A stretch of DNA of 63,088 nt, filler included, from Octopus bimaculoides (taxonomy: Eukaryota), in the NCBI RefSeq assembly GCF_001194135.2. It is 6 parts of 5 records of this genome, joined end to end, with 100 filler letters (N's around TTAATTAATTAA, not from the genome) between each part and the next. Parts side by side here need not be neighbours in the genome. Positions count along the whole stretch, not along the records: positions 59,394 to 63,088 come from NC_069008.1; 5 more parts are not named here. One strand, written 5' to 3'. The position numbers and the translations under genes are program-made. Positions 60,075-63,088 of the stretch are shown piece by piece. Under the pieces are notes generated by a model. It made no database searches and was not told where the DNA came from. It was given only the letters and a program-made list of their open reading frames with translations. Every line of letters begins with the position of its first letter. The stretch's first letter is position 1.

Positions 60075-60537
60075 AGATACGCCCAGGCGGACAAACGGAC
60101 GAGCTATTTATCCACNNNNNNNNNNNNNNNNNNCACCACCATCTCATCATCACCGCCACTACCACCGTCATCGACTACACCACCACCACCACCACCATTG
60201 TCATCAGTACTACCACAACCGCCGCCGCCGCCGCCACCACCACGTCACGCACTCTACTTTCCCCTTCCCTCCATGGCTCTGGGCTGTTGCTGCCATCTGC
60301 CAATGAAGCCCTCTTCTCTCTCCCCATCTCCCCACCCCCAGGTACTTACCGTGTTACTCTTCAGAGACACGTTTCTGTTCATCTCCCTTGCCTCCACACA
60401 CGTACACACACACATATACATATAGAGAAGCATATAAACACATAGATGCATACGCACACACACACACACACACATATCTATATATACACACACACACATA
60501 TGTATATACATACATGCGTACATAAGCCAGTATAGAA

Positions 60538-60580
<43 letters not shown>

Positions 60581-60836
60581 CACATACTGAAATATACATG
60601 CTGGATACCTCTGATTCACCTATCATTTGATGCTGGAGACATTTCTGCCCACCACTATCTAGGACACCACCATTAGCAAGCATCATATCTGCACCCATAA
60701 GAACAGCATCCATAGTAATAATAACGATAATAATAATAATGATATGTAAAGAGGAATATTCACTTAGTCTTTCCTCTTTCTCCCTTTATTTTGTTTTACC
60801 ATCTAATGAAAGATAAAGTGTGTGTGTGTGTGTGTG

Positions 60837-61328
60837 TGAGGGCTGATCAAAAAGTATAGGGAGTGATGCTGTAAAAAGAAAACGACAACACATATCAATT
60901 TGGCATTTTGTCTTCTAAGTTTTCCCCTTGTGAAACCACACACTTTATTATCCATCATTGTTTCCATTGACGGAAGCATTCCTGGAACTCCTTTTTTTTA
61001 AGGGGATAAAGAGCAGCTGCCTCGTTACATTTCTTTCAAGTAGAATTTGATTTTTTGAAGGAGGAAAAAGTCGTAAGAGGTGAGATCTGGGGAATATGGT
61101 GGTTGTTTGACCAAAAACCTGCTGACTGGACATATGTAATTCTGTCTCTACACACTTTACTTCCAAGCACTGCTATAAACAGCAGAAGTGAGTGAGAATG
61201 TTATAACTTAGTGTGCATGCACAACATGGTCTGAGGTCATGAGGTCAGTCTGTGCCAAGAAGCTTCACTCTGTGTACTTTAGCTCCGTTACCATAGCGAC
61301 AATTCTGATATTTTTTTATCAGACCTTG
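60837..61328 (-). mobile_element. mariner deletion derivative (about 490 bp) with both TIRs
   Basis: TIRs GAGGGCTGATCAAAAAGTA / GATATTTTTTTATCAGACCTTG; minus strand retains KQPPYSPDLTSYDFFLLQKIK (YSPDLAPxD motif). Confidence 0.8.
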
Positions 61329-61775
61329 TGTGTGTGTAATTGTTTTTATGGCAAGTTATACTTTAAAATAATTTTGCATTAAGCATAAGGATTACTAACA
61401 ACTTTTCAGTAGAGTACATTATTATTAACTTTCACAAGGAGAAGGTTGATAGTGACTTCGAAGTTCTGGCTTGTTCTCTTTCATCAAAATGCGAAGGGGA
61501 GCGAGCTGAAAGTTCAAAGTCACTGTCAATCATGCCTCACACACACACACACACAGGTATTCATATATTCATATACATTATGTGACTGTATATAGCCACA
61601 CACACACACGTTTGTAAATACATATAAACATACACACATTCATACATTTGAGTACATATCCATATATATATATATGTATATTCATAGCGTGTGTATAGGC
61701 ACACAAATGCATTTATATGCATGCATATAAATACATGTATAAGCAAACTTAAACGTTTGTACCTATGTGCATGCC

Positions 61776-61874
<99 letters not shown>

Positions 61875-62064
61875 GTATGTAGGTATCTGTGCAGACATAT
61901 ATTTACGTATGTTTATTTGTGTATATTTTCATATGTAATTTGCCTGTTGTTGTGACCAGATATCAGTGAGTGCCAGAACTGTTGGAAACATTTTTCTGTA
62001 GTTTGATATGAAGAGAAGGATCACGTTTGTATAAACGTGTGTGTGTGTGTGTATCATACACATA

Positions 62065-62908
62065 CGATGGGGTACCCAAAAGAAACTGGAATTTTGCAAT
62101 ATTATTCTATTCATTTAGTTTTACATGCTCACACTTTTGTTGCCTTGAAAGTATTCTCCATTTGCAGCAATGTATCGGTCCAGATGCGTTTTCCATTGTT
62201 CGAAGCAGTGCTGGAACTCTTGCAAATTTATGCCTTTTAATGCCCTTGTCATTTTTTTCCTTCATCTCTTCCACAACTGCAAATTCCATAGTACCAGCTT
62301 TCGTCACCAGTGATGGTCTGGATCAACTTCCAACTGTTGTTTCAGTTCACGACACGCATTCAGTTGTGACTGTTTTTGGTCTTCCGTGAGCAAGTGAGGC
62401 ACAAATTTTGTTGTAACTCTTGATTCGCAATTCCTCACTCAAAATTCATTGGCAGGATCTCCAGGACACACACCAGTCGTATCAACAAGTTCGTCAATTG
62501 TTCGGTGATGGTCCTCCATGATCAGTTCATGAATTTTCGTGATGCTGTCATTCATGAGGTCAGCAGTCGACCTGAACGAAGTTGGTCTTCAAGCAATAAA
62601 TGACCATTCCTAAAGTGTGAAACCATTTGTAAACTTGTGTTTTGCTCATGGCAGCATCCTTGGAAGCTGCTTTGGCTGCCGTTTTTCCCAGCAGAAAACA
62701 GAATTTCAACAGAATTTCCTTCATTTAACCATCACAAAAACCAACGAACAAGGGAGAAGCACCATGTGGTTGTACGACTTCACAAGGCAAAGTCTGTTGG
62801 CAGACTGATGCCTGAGGGGTCACATCAAGTGGCTTCTAGCAGCAGAGCCTGAATTACAATAGGCTTGTCTCATGGAGAACGTTTCTGGTTACTTTTGGGT
62901 ACCCCTTC

Positions 62909-62909
<1 letters not shown>
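62065..62909 (-). mobile_element. mariner transposon with the catalytic core deleted, both TIRs present
   Basis: TIRs CGATGGGGTACCCAAAAGAAACTGGAA / TTCTGGTTACTTTTGGGTACCCCTTCG; remnants KFCFLLGKTAA, KFVPHLLTEDQK and ITGDESW join almost directly to the C-terminal FQHCFEQWK...NGEYF. Confidence 0.88.
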
Positions 62910-62959
<50 letters not shown>

Positions 62960-63088
62960 ACAGAGTAAGCACAAACGGGAAACAAGGTGGGGGGAAAAAA
63001 TAGTACTCGAATATTGGAAGTAGAGTAATATGCTTTATGATTAAAGTTGCAAAAAACATAACAGAAACATAGCAAAAAACTGCTATTC

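Noticed and set aside
61447-61528. About 20-bp imperfect inverted repeat (TTGATAGTGACTTCGAAGT / AGTTCAAAGTCACTGTCAA)
   Set aside because: No TSD, no second copy in the window and no family-diagnostic termini; not enough to call a MITE or pre-miRNA.

Overview
This is AT-rich, gap-ridden eukaryotic DNA with the repeat make-up of an octopod cephalopod; the taxon is inferred from the SINE, RTE and microsatellite content. There are no rRNA genes, operons or CRISPR arrays. Most of the supplied ORFs are artefacts of microsatellites or N-runs. The window is mainly (TA)n/(CA)n/(TG)n/(GTA)n arrays, several tRNA-derived SINE families, and RTE-type LINE 3' ends with (GAT)n tails. It also holds decayed DNA transposons (Tc1 DD34E, maT DD37D, mariner derivatives, a pogo/Tigger derivative, piggyBac-like and hAT-like MITEs), an R4/Dong-like RT fragment and a probable Helitron remnant. 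Five observations stand out. (1) Penelope-like element (PLE) remnants, including minimal type I hammerhead ribozyme motifs (one canonical at 43653-43744) and a copy with inverted pseudo-LTRs at 39891-40496. (2) A young 1.17-kb composite at 31620-32790: an LTR-like unit, a perfect tRNA-Trp primer-binding site, and a second LTR-like unit with 59-bp and 58-bp inverted repeats. (3) A 690-bp array dense in STAT/NF-kB/HSE-like motifs at 18372-19059. (4) A CpG-decay domain of about 27 kb (20.9-47.5 kb) that suggests a methylated gene body and contains short candidate exons of an unidentified + strand gene. (5) An interstitial telomere-like (CCCTAA)n tract. All assignments come from manual reading and translation; no database search or folding program was run.
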